Positions 63,721-64,000 of a stretch of DNA of 64,000 bases are shown here, one piece after another. The stretch is from Phoronis australis (Eukaryota; Animalia; Phoronida). A program made the position numbers and the translations under genes. Positions within the stretch are counted from its first letter, which is position 1; each line of letters opens with the position of its first letter. Below the pieces are notes generated by a model. It made no database searches, was not told the origin of the DNA, and saw only the letters and a list, made by a program, of their open reading frames with translations. The stretch is from contig NMRA01000166.1 of NCBI GenBank assembly GCA_002633005.1, positions 715,620-779,619 on the forward strand. Reading direction: 5' to 3'.

Positions 63721-64000
63721 CAGCATATCGGACCCGGTGCGGATCGAGACTAGACACTGGCAAACGGTAAATGCATTCGGTTGCAAGCTGTTTTGTCGAA
63801 GTAAAATGGTCAAATCATAAATGCTGCATATATTCAAGGTTAGTTTCAGACACTTGCATGAAATTACGGGCTGGTTAATCCTGTGTCGCACTGCCGCGGC
63901 AGACCTTAGTTAGCCTCAGTCACCAGCTACCAGTGAAGACTATCGTCAAAATACAGCTTGTTAGTAGGTCTATACAGCTTTGCGCCAAGGCTACCCTTAG

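Overview
AT-rich, repeat-rich animal (invertebrate-type) genomic DNA from a draft assembly, with two N-gaps and four single-N joins. Most ORFs in the supplied track are spurious. Reading splice sites by hand gave three spliced genes. (1) A complete 3-exon GPI-anchored Ly6/uPAR three-finger (Quiver/Sleepless-like) gene on + (19032..33005, 132 aa). (2) A complete 10-exon ZMPSTE24/STE24 CAAX prenyl protease on - (49921..39370, 470 aa) with one GC-AG intron. (3) A 5'-incomplete gene on - (>=62818..58403) built from tiny exons, encoding a divergent NRF1/Ewg/P3A2-like DNA-binding domain followed by a Met/His/Asp hexapeptide repeat. The rest is mostly transposon-derived: RTE-X-like LINE remnants, an IS3EU-like MITE, Ngaro-like (DIRS-group) fragments, a solo LTR, Helentron-like HINEs, hAT5/Kolobok/Ginger-like MITEs, tRNA-derived SINEs and satellites. 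The most unusual non-coding feature is two copies of a palindromic, TSD-flanked non-autonomous retroelement combining a tRNA-Ser(CGA)-like head, a minimal hammerhead ribozyme and a Penelope-like tail. Several single-N joins appear to place two haplotypes in tandem, exposing filled and empty transposon alleles. All family assignments come from motif recognition, not database searches.
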